DNA from: an uncultured virus (IMG/VR IMGVR_UViG_3300025418_001062)
Taxonomy: Duplodnaviria > Heunggongvirae > Uroviricota > Caudoviricetes
Reading direction: 5' to 3' (one strand)
DNA length: 64,000 nucleotides
IMG/VR virus record: IMGVR_UViG_3300025418_001062
Positions 16,552 through 26,125 of this stretch are shown piece after piece. Positions within the stretch are counted from its first letter, which is position 1. Every line of letters begins with the position of its first letter. Under the pieces are notes generated by a model that was given only the letters and a program-made list of their open reading frames with translations, was not told the origin of the DNA and did not search any database. A program made the translations under genes and the position numbers.

Positions 16552-18095
16552 TGGCTCAAGCCCCAGGCACTTATGTTACAGTGACCGCTAATGCCGCCAA
16601 TGTTGCAGTCCAAAACCCCACGGGTACTTGGTTTGCACTTGGTGTTGCCGCCGGTCCTGCCAACATTCCGGTCCCCGTTCAGTCAATGAACGACTTTAAC
16701 GCCGTGTTCGGTCAGATTGTGAACGGTCAGATTACTGGTCGCTACACAACCGCCAACGTAAACAGCACATTGCTGTACGACGCCCTTGACACGTATTTCC
16801 GTGAAGGCGGCATGCAGGCTTACGTAGTCCGCGTTCAGCCCACTTCGACCGGTGTTGCCGCCACTTCCGGCACAACTGGTGGTGCCTGGACTCTTACCGC
16901 TAGCGGTAAGGGAACATGGGCTAACTCGTCAAGCGCCGCCGCCAACGGTGTTATCGTTACCGTTAACTACATTTCAGCCGGTAACTACAGCGCCACAATT
17001 GCGTACAACGGAAACATCAACGCTTCAATCACTGGTCTTTCTGGTGACACCGACATTATCAACTGGATTAACTCGCTGCCTCTTTATCAGGGCCTTGTTA
17101 GCGCCGCCTCGTCTGCCGGTGCTTCGACACTGCCGACCACAACCGCCGCGCCTCTCGTTGTTTACATGACCGGTGGTACGGACGTTGCTGTTGTCGACGT
17201 TGACGTTACAGCCGCTCTTGCTTCAATCACCGAAGCCTACGGTCCCGGTCAGGTTTCGTACCCCGGTAACACCGACGCTGCAATGTACGTTAGCCTTGCT
17301 AACCACGCCGCTGCCTTTAACCGTGTCGCCTTGCTGGACGCGCCCAACTCGGCCACCGCAACCACCGTTGCTTCCGCCGTGTCGACCTTCCAGGGCAACT
17401 CGAGCGTTACCGACCCTTCGTACGCCGCGTTTTTCGGACCTTGGCTGCTGACCCCCGGTAACGTCAACACCAACCCCTCGGCAACAAACCCCTACGCGTT
17501 TACTCGCACAGTCGCCCCTGTTGCTTTGGCTGCCGCCAAGATTGCACAGACCGACGCTGGACACGACTCAAACGTGCCTGCCGCTGGTTTGGTCAACGGT
17601 GCCGCCTCGTACGTGACTGGTGTTACTCAAGTTTACAGCGCCGCCGACCGCGGCACCCTGAACTCTGCCGGTGTGAACGTTGTTCGTAACGTACCTAACG
17701 TTGGCACAATCTGCATCTATGGCTTCCGCTCCGCTGCCGTGAACCCTGCTTGGATTTACTTCAGCAACGTGCGCTTCCGCATGCAGGTTGTCAAGCAGTT
17801 CGACGCCATCGCAGAAGGATACGTGTTCCAGGAAATCGACGGCAAGGGACAGTTGTTCTCGAAGTTGTCGGGTGCCCTCGGCGCTCAGTGCCAGGCATAC
17901 TGGCTGCGCGGAAGCCTGTACGGCCCAACAGCCGGCAGCGCCTACGTGGTCAACGTTGGCCCAACGGTCAACACCCCTGCCACCATTCAGGCCGGTCAAA
18001 TCAACGCTGTTGTGAGCCTCAAAATGTCGCCATTCGGTGAGTTTGTGAACATCAGCATTGCCAAGTACGCCGTAACCGCTACGCTTCCCCAATAA
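16551..18095 (+). CDS. Tail sheath protein
   Basis: PGTYV N-terminus, YFREGG, RVALLDAP, LNSAGVNVVR, YGFR, YVFQEID. Confidence 0.93.
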   Translation: MAQAPGTYVTVTANAANVAVQNPTGTWFALGVAAGPANIPVPVQSMNDFNAVFGQIVNGQITGRYTTANVNSTLLYDALDTYFREGGMQAYVVRVQPTSTGVAATSGTTGGAWTLTASGKGTWANSSSAAANGVIVTVNYISAGNYSATIAYNGNINASITGLSGDTDIINWINSLPLYQGLVSAASSAGASTLPTTTAAPLVVYMTGGTDVAVVDVDVTAALASITEAYGPGQVSYPGNTDAAMYVSLANHAAAFNRVALLDAPNSATATTVASAVSTFQGNSSVTDPSYAAFFGPWLLTPGNVNTNPSATNPYAFTRTVAPVALAAAKIAQTDAGHDSNVPAAGLVNGAASYVTGVTQVYSAADRGTLNSAGVNVVRNVPNVGTICIYGFRSAAVNPAWIYFSNVRFRMQVVKQFDAIAEGYVFQEIDGKGQLFSKLSGALGAQCQAYWLRGSLYGPTAGSAYVVNVGPTVNTPATIQAGQINAVVSLKMSPFGEFVNISIAKYAVTATLPQ

Positions 18096-18121
18096 TCAGA
18101 ACTAGCCTTTAAGGAAAACAA

Positions 18122-18700
18122 ATGTCATCAACAAATTACACCAACGCAGGGACACCTACGTACTTTGGTTCCGAGCAGCAGTTTCTTGTGTCGCTCAGCA
18201 TTCTTACGGCGCCTTCCAACGTTACCTTCTCGAGCAACCTTGCTGCAAACGCATCCGTAACGTTCGACAAGTTCAGCGGCGGCGACGTGCAGAGCACAAT
18301 CAACAAGCATCGTCCCGGCGGCATGGGTCCCGAGATTTCGTTCTTGGCCCTCCCCACGTACTCGGACGTTTCAATCTCAAAGGCTTGGAACACCGGCACA
18401 GACAACGCTCTGTGGCAGGACCTTACTAGCGTGATTGGTAACTCAATTGCGCAGGTCACGGTTCAGCCCCTTGACGACGGCGGTAACGCCTGGGGCGCTG
18501 CCACTGTCTACACGGGTCGCATCAACAAGGCTATGCCTGGTGGTACTGACTCGAACAGCAACAGCGTTCGTTTGCTTGAAGTTGGCCTTTCGGTCGAGAC
18601 GGTTGGCCTTGTTACGGCTAACGGCGTCGGCTCCGATGGTTCGACCACGCCGAGCACCTCAATGGGCGCTTCTCTTTGGGGCACTCAAACAATCATCTAG
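18122..18700 (+). CDS. Tail tube protein
   Basis: Follows sheath; FDKFSGG, RPGGMG, DSNSNS motifs. Confidence 0.85.
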   Translation: MSSTNYTNAGTPTYFGSEQQFLVSLSILTAPSNVTFSSNLAANASVTFDKFSGGDVQSTINKHRPGGMGPEISFLALPTYSDVSISKAWNTGTDNALWQDLTSVIGNSIAQVTVQPLDDGGNAWGAATVYTGRINKAMPGGTDSNSNSVRLLEVGLSVETVGLVTANGVGSDGSTTPSTSMGASLWGTQTII

Positions 18701-18738
18701 TCTGATAGACTAGCAACATTATAAACCTTGGAGGAAAC

Positions 18739-19284
18739 ATGGTTGATTTTACTATTGACGGGCAAGAAATTTCTACGGCAACAGAGGGGGAGATTGTCTC
18801 TGCTCCTGCGGAAGCAACTCCCCTTCTGTCGCTGAAGAAGCGCCGTGAGCAAATTGTTAATGACTTGTACATTGACATTAAGGTTCCACGCTGGGACAAC
18901 CCAGAACTTTACCTGCGCTTCAAGCCTGTTTCGGCAACGAAACTGGGCAAGACAATTGAGAAGTATCAAAACAAGGCAAAGGCCGACAAGAACACAGACT
19001 GGTCATTCTTGGCCAACGCTGAGATGCTTCTTGACGCTTGCATCGGTATCTACGCTGTTGTAGATGGCGACAAGGACAATAAGTTGTCGCTTCGTCCCAA
19101 CGAGCCTCACAGCCCTTGGACGCGCTTTGACGAGGACATGGCCGCTGCGCTTGGTATTGAAGCCGCGCGCGCCACAGATGTTGTTGTCGCCACCTTCTTT
19201 GCAGAGGGTGACCTCATTGAAACGGCAAACCGTTTGTTCCGTTGGAGCAACATTGCCAACAATGAGGCTGACGAAACTTTCTAG
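18739..19284 (+). CDS. Tail assembly chaperone
   Basis: Between tube and tape measure; GGAGG RBS. Confidence 0.8.
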   Translation: MVDFTIDGQEISTATEGEIVSAPAEATPLLSLKKRREQIVNDLYIDIKVPRWDNPELYLRFKPVSATKLGKTIEKYQNKAKADKNTDWSFLANAEMLLDACIGIYAVVDGDKDNKLSLRPNEPHSPWTRFDEDMAAALGIEAARATDVVVATFFAEGDLIETANRLFRWSNIANNEADETF

Positions 19285-19508
19285 AAGCCCTGCGCGAAGA
19301 CCCCTACGTTGAATCGGCGGGGTATGCCGCATACCTAGGCATGGACCCAAACGTCCTACTAAGCCAGGGCACTGAAGACTACATGATTAGCATTGCCGTG
19401 CTTCAAAGCGCAATGAAATTAAAGAATTCAGAAAAAATCGAAGAAATCAAAGTTCTCGCGGAACTAATTGGCTATGAATTCGCAAAGAACCTAGCCAAGA
19501 TTTTCTAA
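19278..19508 (+). CDS. -1 frame extension of the tail assembly chaperone
   Basis: Open -1 frame FLEALREDPYV...LAKIF overlapping the chaperone stop at GAA ACT TTC TAG. Confidence 0.7.
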   Translation, partial: FLEALREDPYVESAGYAAYLGMDPNVLLSQGTEDYMISIAVLQSAMKLKNSEKIEEIKVLAELIGYEFAKNLAKIF

Positions 19509-19548
19509 CCACCAACTCCGCTTACAAATTTACTTGGGCGGCAGGACA

Positions 19549-19580
19549 GCCGCTACCTCTACGGGGGTAGCGGTTTTCTT
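19549..19580 (+). terminator. Intrinsic terminator before the tape measure gene
   Basis: CCGCTACC/GGTAGCGG stem + TTTTCTT. Confidence 0.75.
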
Positions 19581-19597
19581 GTTTATAAGGGCCAATT

Positions 19598-22500
19598 ATG
19601 GACGAACAGTTAAGTTTTAATCTAGAGTTCCGCACGTCTGATGCGGTCAAAAATATTGAGAACCTTCAGGTCTCTATTGATGACTTGTCAACGTCGATGG
19701 ACGATAACGTCAAAGTCGGTGCCGACCTTGTTAAAGGTCTTGACAGCGCAACGACTGCTTCTAGCGACTTAACTAAATCAATTAGCGACCTTGCCAAAGT
19801 CATGGCCGACGTTGCCAAGGCAAGCGAAGACAACGTAGTTGCTACGGACGCAAACACAAAGGCAACAGAAGAAGCCATTGCTGTTCAGGCAAAAGAGATT
19901 GAAGAACTTCGCGGCCTTATTGTTGCGTTGAACGAAGCCGCTGCTGCCTCACGTGAAATGGCTTCTGCGGATGTTGAATCCGCCTCCGCGGGCAAGGCGG
20001 CAAGCACCGCTCGCGCAGAGTCAACAAGCATTCTCACAAAACTCGGGAACCTTGGTACGCCAGAGTTGATGAAGGCTGCAACGTGGAGTGCCTTTGCCGT
20101 TGGCGGTATTGCATACGAAGCCGTCAAGCAATACGCTTCGTTCAATTCTGCTCTTACGCAATCAATTACTCAAGCCGGGCGCGCACAAAACAGCATGCCT
20201 TTCTTGAGCCAAACCGCAATGAGCATCGCTCAGCGTACCGGTATGCACCTTACCGACGTTGCAAACATTATTTACCGTGTTTCGTCTGCAACTGCCAACT
20301 GGAACAAAGGACTTGGTGCCACTAACGCGCAGTTGGCGCAAATGGCTCAGCAAACGGCAAACCTGAACGTTCTTGGTGGCGTTTCCGGCGGTGCCCCTTC
20401 AGAGCAGTCTGCCCGAATCATGGGTGCTGTTATGAATGCCAACCTGCAAGGTGTTGGCACCAGCGCCGCGTCCGCAGCCGCGTGGGTTAACGCATCGGTC
20501 GGTGCTGGTGACATTAAGCAATCAGAGTTTATCTCTGCCATGGGTCGAGGTCTTCTTGCCTCTCTGTCGGCACACAATATCTCTGCTTCCAGTGGTTCTG
20601 CGTTCGTTGACCTTCTGACGACATTGGGTACGCCAGGTTCAACCGCTGGTCAGTACGCAAAGACTGCGCTTACCCTGATGACCGCGCCTAGTGCGCAGGG
20701 CTCAACCGCTATGTCCATGCTTGGCATTAACGTTGGTCAGTTGGGCGCGTTGCTTCAGCAAAAAGACGGTATTACCGCTGCGGCTGAATACATGCGCAAG
20801 CAGATGCAAACGTTTAATCCTGCCGCCACCACACTGCCCGTTACCGAAAAGTTGGCAAACGGTTCCAGCGTTGTATTGACGGGTAGGGCTGCCGCAGAAT
20901 ACCAACTTGAAAAATGGACTTCTGGCGCGCTTCCTAAAAGCGTCATTAACGCCTGGGCGACAGGACACCTTGCCTCTTACACCGCTTCGCAATTAGGCAC
21001 CACAACTTCAGGTGCTAATGGAGCCGCAGTTTCGGGCGCCCAGTGGCAGAACACGCTTCAGAACCTTATTATTACCAAGGCATTTGGTGGTTCACGCAGT
21101 TCCGCAACCATTGACGCCCTGATTAACAACGTCGGTCAAATTGCCGGTATTCAGCAATATATTGACACTCACTCAACGGCAGCGAACTACAATAAAGACG
21201 TTGCCATTGCAATGAACACGCCGCAAGTGCAGATGCGTCGCATCGAAGAACAAGTTATGGTTGCTCTTGTTCGCTTTGGTAAAGAGATTACGCCTATCGC
21301 TCTTCGTCTCGGCCACGCTTTTGCCGACATAATTACTTGGTTGACCAAAACCAAAGCAGTCCTTATTCCGCTTGTAGAGTTTATTGGCGCAATGGCTGGC
21401 GTTGCTGTTGTTTCTAAAGGTGCCAGGTTAGTACAAGGATTCATCGGAATGTTTGGAAAGGCTTCCGGCAGCCTTGGACGTTTCTACGGCAAAATTGCCG
21501 GTGGCGACGTTATGGACGAAAGCATCCAGCGCACCAAATTGGGAGGATTCTTTGCTTCGCTAAGCCGCAATAGCAACCTTTTCTCAACGCCCGCCGACAA
21601 GATGAACCTTGCTGCGGACAAAATGCTCGAGGCTGCTGGTGTGGGCGGTGGCGGAAACCCTCTCGCAAAACTGTTTGGCAAGGGTGAAAAAACTGCCCTT
21701 TCAGACGTTGAAAAGTCTTTGCTTACTAAGGGCGAAGCAGTCACCAAGGCTTCCGTTCGCCAAGCACTTATTGACGCAGGAAAGATTGAAGGAGCCGGAC
21801 GCGGTAAGGAAGCAGAACAACTTATTGGCTCCACCCTTGACAAACTTCGTGGCATTCAAGGTGGCGCCCTTAAAGAGGTCGGTTCTTTTGTCGAAAAAAC
21901 AGGAGCCAACGACATTGTTGGTCTTGCTGAAAAAGAGGGCGGTGGTCTTCTTGCTAGATTTGCCGGCGCTGGTGTGGGCGACATTGCGGGCGGCCTTTTG
22001 GGTGGCCCCATTGGCATGCTTGCCATGTCAACCATTGGCCCAATGCTTATGCCATACATTGCTAAGGGGCTTGGCTCTGCCATCGGTGGCTTGGGCCACT
22101 TTTTTGGTGGTTTGTTTGGCGGCGGCTCAAGCGGAACTCAAAAACCAATCGTACCTATTAAGCCAACGGGTTCGGTGGCGCTAGGCCCAGCCGCTCTAAA
22201 TGCTGAAATTTTAAACGCACAAGCGGACATGACTCGTCTTTCTGGCCTTATTGGAAGCAATAAAGCAACAACATCAGACTACGCCAAGTTCTATCAAGAC
22301 CAGCAAACCATTAGAAACGTACAAGGTCAACTGAATCTGTTCAAAGGTTTAAGTACCAGCGCTGCAAGCGCAAAGGTTATTGCGGCCAATGCGGCAAATC
22401 TTAAAAACTGGACAGCGCAAGCGACGAATTTAGCGTGGGTTTCCAGCAGCCTTTCATGGGCTCGGAATGAAGGCGGCTATGGAAGTAACGAAGGCACTGT

Positions 22501-23200
22501 TCTAACCTACGCCTCTTTGCAAAAACAAGTTCCATCTCTTAATACTTTGCCCACCAGCACTCAAGCGGCTATTAAGAGCATTTATGCTAAATACTCAAGC
22601 GCAAATTGGTCTGGCGGAAACCAAGCACTTCTTAACGACGTTCAAGGCGTTCTTAAGGGAACCGAAAATCAAGTTAAGACGCAAATTTCACAATTGCCTC
22701 AAAGCGTTTCGTTAACTGGCGCTCAAAATGCAATTAAGAATCAAATGGCAAACGACACTGCAAGTAAGTCGCTTTTAAAGCAAGCCTCGCAAGGAAACCT
22801 TGGCATTGGAACCGCGTCAAGCGTTTATGCGCAATTAACGCACGCCTCAATTTCGTCTGCTCTTGACTCGGCTTCGGACACTCGAGCCGCAGCCGCTCAA
22901 GCCGCAGCCGGCAACCTTGCCGCAGCCAAGGCTTTGAAGGACGCCGCCGCAACGCTCAAGGCTCAGTCCGTCGCGGAAGCAAACGCCGCTACTGGCGTGG
23001 CGCAAAAGAACGGCCTCAACCCTCAAAACATGAGTGCTTTGGCCAGCGCGGTTCAAACGTCTTTTGCCAACGCCGCCACAAGCATTGGTCTTACACCAAG
23101 CGGCATGGCGCAAGCGTTTAGTTCGGCTCTTAACGCGCCGCACGGTGGCCTTAAGGGCGCTGTGCTCAAAATCATCAAGCAGGGCACTTCAGGAAAGTGA
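19598..23200 (+). CDS. Tape measure protein
   Basis: 1200 aa, Ala/Gly-rich helical; canonical position. Confidence 0.93.
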   Translation: MDEQLSFNLEFRTSDAVKNIENLQVSIDDLSTSMDDNVKVGADLVKGLDSATTASSDLTKSISDLAKVMADVAKASEDNVVATDANTKATEEAIAVQAKEIEELRGLIVALNEAAAASREMASADVESASAGKAASTARAESTSILTKLGNLGTPELMKAATWSAFAVGGIAYEAVKQYASFNSALTQSITQAGRAQNSMPFLSQTAMSIAQRTGMHLTDVANIIYRVSSATANWNKGLGATNAQLAQMAQQTANLNVLGGVSGGAPSEQSARIMGAVMNANLQGVGTSAASAAAWVNASVGAGDIKQSEFISAMGRGLLASLSAHNISASSGSAFVDLLTTLGTPGSTAGQYAKTALTLMTAPSAQGSTAMSMLGINVGQLGALLQQKDGITAAAEYMRKQMQTFNPAATTLPVTEKLANGSSVVLTGRAAAEYQLEKWTSGALPKSVINAWATGHLASYTASQLGTTTSGANGAAVSGAQWQNTLQNLIITKAFGGSRSSATIDALINNVGQIAGIQQYIDTHSTAANYNKDVAIAMNTPQVQMRRIEEQVMVALVRFGKEITPIALRLGHAFADIITWLTKTKAVLIPLVEFIGAMAGVAVVSKGARLVQGFIGMFGKASGSLGRFYGKIAGGDVMDESIQRTKLGGFFASLSRNSNLFSTPADKMNLAADKMLEAAGVGGGGNPLAKLFGKGEKTALSDVEKSLLTKGEAVTKASVRQALIDAGKIEGAGRGKEAEQLIGSTLDKLRGIQGGALKEVGSFVEKTGANDIVGLAEKEGGGLLARFAGAGVGDIAGGLLGGPIGMLAMSTIGPMLMPYIAKGLGSAIGGLGHFFGGLFGGGSSGTQKPIVPIKPTGSVALGPAALNAEILNAQADMTRLSGLIGSNKATTSDYAKFYQDQQTIRNVQGQLNLFKGLSTSAASAKVIAANAANLKNWTAQATNLAWVSSSLSWARNEGGYGSNEGTVLTYASLQKQVPSLNTLPTSTQAAIKSIYAKYSSANWSGGNQALLNDVQGVLKGTENQVKTQISQLPQSVSLTGAQNAIKNQMANDTASKSLLKQASQGNLGIGTASSVYAQLTHASISSALDSASDTRAAAAQAAAGNLAAAKALKDAAATLKAQSVAEANAATGVAQKNGLNPQNMSALASAVQTSFANAATSIGLTPSGMAQAFSSALNAPHGGLKGAVLKIIKQGTSGK

Positions 23201-23214
23201 TAGACTAGGAAAAC

Positions 23215-23937
23215 ATGGGATACGCAGACGGCAACGTTAATACAAAAACACAAGTAACGTTTACACCACAAGGCGTAAACAATGACGCTTATTTTCCCGT
23301 TGTCGGAAACCTTCTTGGCGACTCAACATTTAGTCAAGTTCAAGGCGCTGGTGGTTGGCAAATTGTAGAACGCCCTAAAAACACCTCGGCAACCCAGTGG
23401 TATGACCGTGCTTTGTATCAAACCCAGATGACTATTATGTTCCAAAACGACATGCTCCCTAGCGGCAGAAGCGTTACGGAAATGTATGAACAATTGATTT
23501 CCTGGGTTGAGCCAATCCCAAACACATATCAACCTCCGGTTTTTAAAATCTCTGGTCCAACGGCTGCTGGTTCTTCTACTCTTTGGTATCTTTATTCTTT
23601 TGAGTTGCGTGAAGCAATCCGTGACGGGCAAACAGGCGAGCCACTTCAGCAAACCGTTTCCATTGTTTGCTACGAATACCAAAGCCCTATTCCCAGTGTT
23701 CAAAGCCACGCCGCCCAATCGAGTAAAAAAACGTCAACCCCTACAAGCCGGCCATATCTTGTAAAGGCTAATGAAACTTTGCAACAAATTGCAACAGGGC
23801 CCAATGGCTACAAACACTGTAAAAAGTACACAACTCTTAACACGTGGATTGCAGAAGTAGGTCGGTTAAACAACCTTAGAGACCCTAAAGACACAACCAA
23901 AATCAAAGCGCACACTACTATTAAAATCCCCGTATAA
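23215..23937 (+). CDS. Tail tube initiator with C-terminal LysM-like domain
   Basis: YLVKANETLQQIA...LNNLRDP..IKIP; follows tape measure. Confidence 0.75.
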   Translation: MGYADGNVNTKTQVTFTPQGVNNDAYFPVVGNLLGDSTFSQVQGAGGWQIVERPKNTSATQWYDRALYQTQMTIMFQNDMLPSGRSVTEMYEQLISWVEPIPNTYQPPVFKISGPTAAGSSTLWYLYSFELREAIRDGQTGEPLQQTVSIVCYEYQSPIPSVQSHAAQSSKKTSTPTSRPYLVKANETLQQIATGPNGYKHCKKYTTLNTWIAEVGRLNNLRDPKDTTKIKAHTTIKIPV

Positions 23938-23939
23938 TC

Positions 23940-25337
23940 ATGGCTCACAAGAAAAAAGCCGCAACAAGAAAAACTACAAAAAGCGCCACGTCTGGCGTTA
24001 CCGATACTGTTGTTGCAAATCCTTCAATGGTCCCCGACAACAGCGGGAAACTTAAACTTCAAACGCTGCCGACGGGCATTGGGTTTGGACCAGACGACCT
24101 TGCAAACTTTGTAACTCTTGACCCCAAAACGGGAACCGTTTATCAAAAACTTGGTTACTATTACGAAGACGCAATTACCGACATTATTCTTCAACAAAAC
24201 ATGCTGGGAACGTCAACTATTACCATTCAGTTGACAGACCCCACGCGTCAGATTTTGCGTAGTACCGGAGCCGGAAGCAACAAGACCACAGGCGGTTTTC
24301 TTTCTTTTGCTGAAGTTACTGACTCCGCCGCTGGTGGCGGTGGTCAAGGAATCAAGCAAGGGCTTACTTTAATTGTTGCCGGAACAGGCAATGGCAGAAC
24401 GCAACCCTTTGTTGACTCAAGCGCGCTTGCTGCCGCTTCCAATTATGTGCTTACAACCGCGGACAAAAAAGTTATTCAGCAATCAAACAAATTGGTTTAC
24501 ACGCTTGTGCAATTTGTCAAATCCGGCGACCAGGTGCAACTGGTGTTTGAATCAGAAGCGGTTTTTCGTCTTCAGCAACAACGCGGTAACGGCAACATAA
24601 CTAGCACCACAAGCGCGGGCGTAACCCCGTTTATGGCAGGTCTTGTAACGGCCCTTAACCCCGCTCCAAAAAACAGTTTTTATTCAGACATTAACCTTGT
24701 TGCGCCAGACTACGCCACAATTTGGAACGCTCTTACGGGCAATAACAATGTTCCGGTAATTACGGTTGCATTGGGTCGAGGCACTACAACAGACCCGTAT
24801 GAAGACTCATGGACAGCAATGAGCCGCATCGCTTCGAGTATTGGTTGGCGCATCTGGGAAAACGCTAATACCGTTTATTTTGGCCCAGACGAATACTGGC
24901 TTGGTATTCTGCCAGGGCAAAACGGCGAGCCGCCAATCAACAAAATTAAAGGCACAACCGGCAAGAATATGCAGGTTATCTCAGAGTTCAATGACACAAT
25001 TCAGTTGATTGACTTTGACTGGGACGTGGGCAAGCCCCTCGGTCAAGCCACGGTAACTTGCATGCTTGACAACTGGCAATTTGACATTGGCGAAATTGTT
25101 ATGGTTTCTGGCTGTGGAATTGCTGACGGGCAGTGGATGGTTTCGTCTATGCAACGTGACGCATTTAACCCACAGGCTTCAATCGTCCTTCAGGTTCCAA
25201 TGCCATACGGTCAAGTTTACGACCCCAGTTCCCAGCCTCTTGCTCCGTTCCCAATTGGTTCAGAGTACAGCGCCGCCGCATGGGCCGCTATTGCATCTGC
25301 AAACGGCTCCCCCACAACTACAACAACGACAGGTTAA
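23940..25337 (+). CDS. Baseplate hub protein
   Basis: Position; EDSWTAMSRIA..IGW, GIADGQWMV motifs. Confidence 0.7.
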   Translation: MAHKKKAATRKTTKSATSGVTDTVVANPSMVPDNSGKLKLQTLPTGIGFGPDDLANFVTLDPKTGTVYQKLGYYYEDAITDIILQQNMLGTSTITIQLTDPTRQILRSTGAGSNKTTGGFLSFAEVTDSAAGGGGQGIKQGLTLIVAGTGNGRTQPFVDSSALAAASNYVLTTADKKVIQQSNKLVYTLVQFVKSGDQVQLVFESEAVFRLQQQRGNGNITSTTSAGVTPFMAGLVTALNPAPKNSFYSDINLVAPDYATIWNALTGNNNVPVITVALGRGTTTDPYEDSWTAMSRIASSIGWRIWENANTVYFGPDEYWLGILPGQNGEPPINKIKGTTGKNMQVISEFNDTIQLIDFDWDVGKPLGQATVTCMLDNWQFDIGEIVMVSGCGIADGQWMVSSMQRDAFNPQASIVLQVPMPYGQVYDPSSQPLAPFPIGSEYSAAAWAAIASANGSPTTTTTTG

Positions 25338-25339
25338 CA

Positions 25340-26044
25340 ATGAGAAGTCAAGACACGTTTACTCTTATGCAAAACCAGTTGAAGTGGCAAGGAAATATCT
25401 TTGCATCTGGGCGGCAGACAGAAGGAACGTATTATGGCACCGTTGTGCAGACAGACGCGTCCGTAACAGACGGTTCAATCACTGCTGGAAATTTGACTTT
25501 TACAATTCCCTCATACAGTGGCACGCAAGTATGGGGTCCGGTCCCGTATCCGGGTTCTGTTGCTCCGCCGGTCGGCACGTCTTGCACCGTTACATTTACA
25601 CCTCAAAACGTTCCGGTCATTCACGGATTTCTTGGCTTTGGAAATGGTAGCGGCGCACAAGGGCCACAAGGCCCGCAAGGCGCGCAAGGTTCTCAGGGCT
25701 TGCAGGGCTACCAAGGCCCTCAGGGAGCGACGCCATCAACCGTTGGCGATAGTGGCTGGGCAAACGTTTCTTCTTTTTCTAATGGCTTTGGCTCTGCTGG
25801 AACGGCTCCTGCTTATCGGCTACTAAACAATGTTGTATACCTTCGGGGCAACGTAACCGGCGGCTCCGCAAACGCTACGGCATTTACTCTTCCTTCGGGA
25901 TACCGGCCTTCTGCCGCAACGGTAATTATGACGCAAAACTTTGGCACGTCTGGCTACACGTACGTGACGGTAAATACTGACGGTACCGTTGTTCCCAGCG
26001 CATCGGCAACGTGGCTTTCTGGGATTGTTTTTCCAATTGGATAA
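25340..26044 (+). CDS. Baseplate spike-like protein with short collagen repeat and C-terminal beta domain
   Basis: YYGTVV...PPVG OB-like N-terminus; GPQ/GAQ repeats; FTLPSGYRP. Confidence 0.65.
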   Translation: MRSQDTFTLMQNQLKWQGNIFASGRQTEGTYYGTVVQTDASVTDGSITAGNLTFTIPSYSGTQVWGPVPYPGSVAPPVGTSCTVTFTPQNVPVIHGFLGFGNGSGAQGPQGPQGAQGSQGLQGYQGPQGATPSTVGDSGWANVSSFSNGFGSAGTAPAYRLLNNVVYLRGNVTGGSANATAFTLPSGYRPSAATVIMTQNFGTSGYTYVTVNTDGTVVPSASATWLSGIVFPIG

Positions 26045-26125
26045 AGTAAATCCTTGATTTTTCTTCTTGTATGGTGTATTATGTCTCTATAATGGGGCAT
26101 TTACTGCCGCTCTGAGGGGAACGAC

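Noticed and set aside
6557..23143. Long antisense or alternate-frame ORFs over structural genes (e.g. 6557-7237, 11442-12101, 17568-18092)
   Set aside because: Shadows of codon bias in well-supported genes; no RBS or motifs
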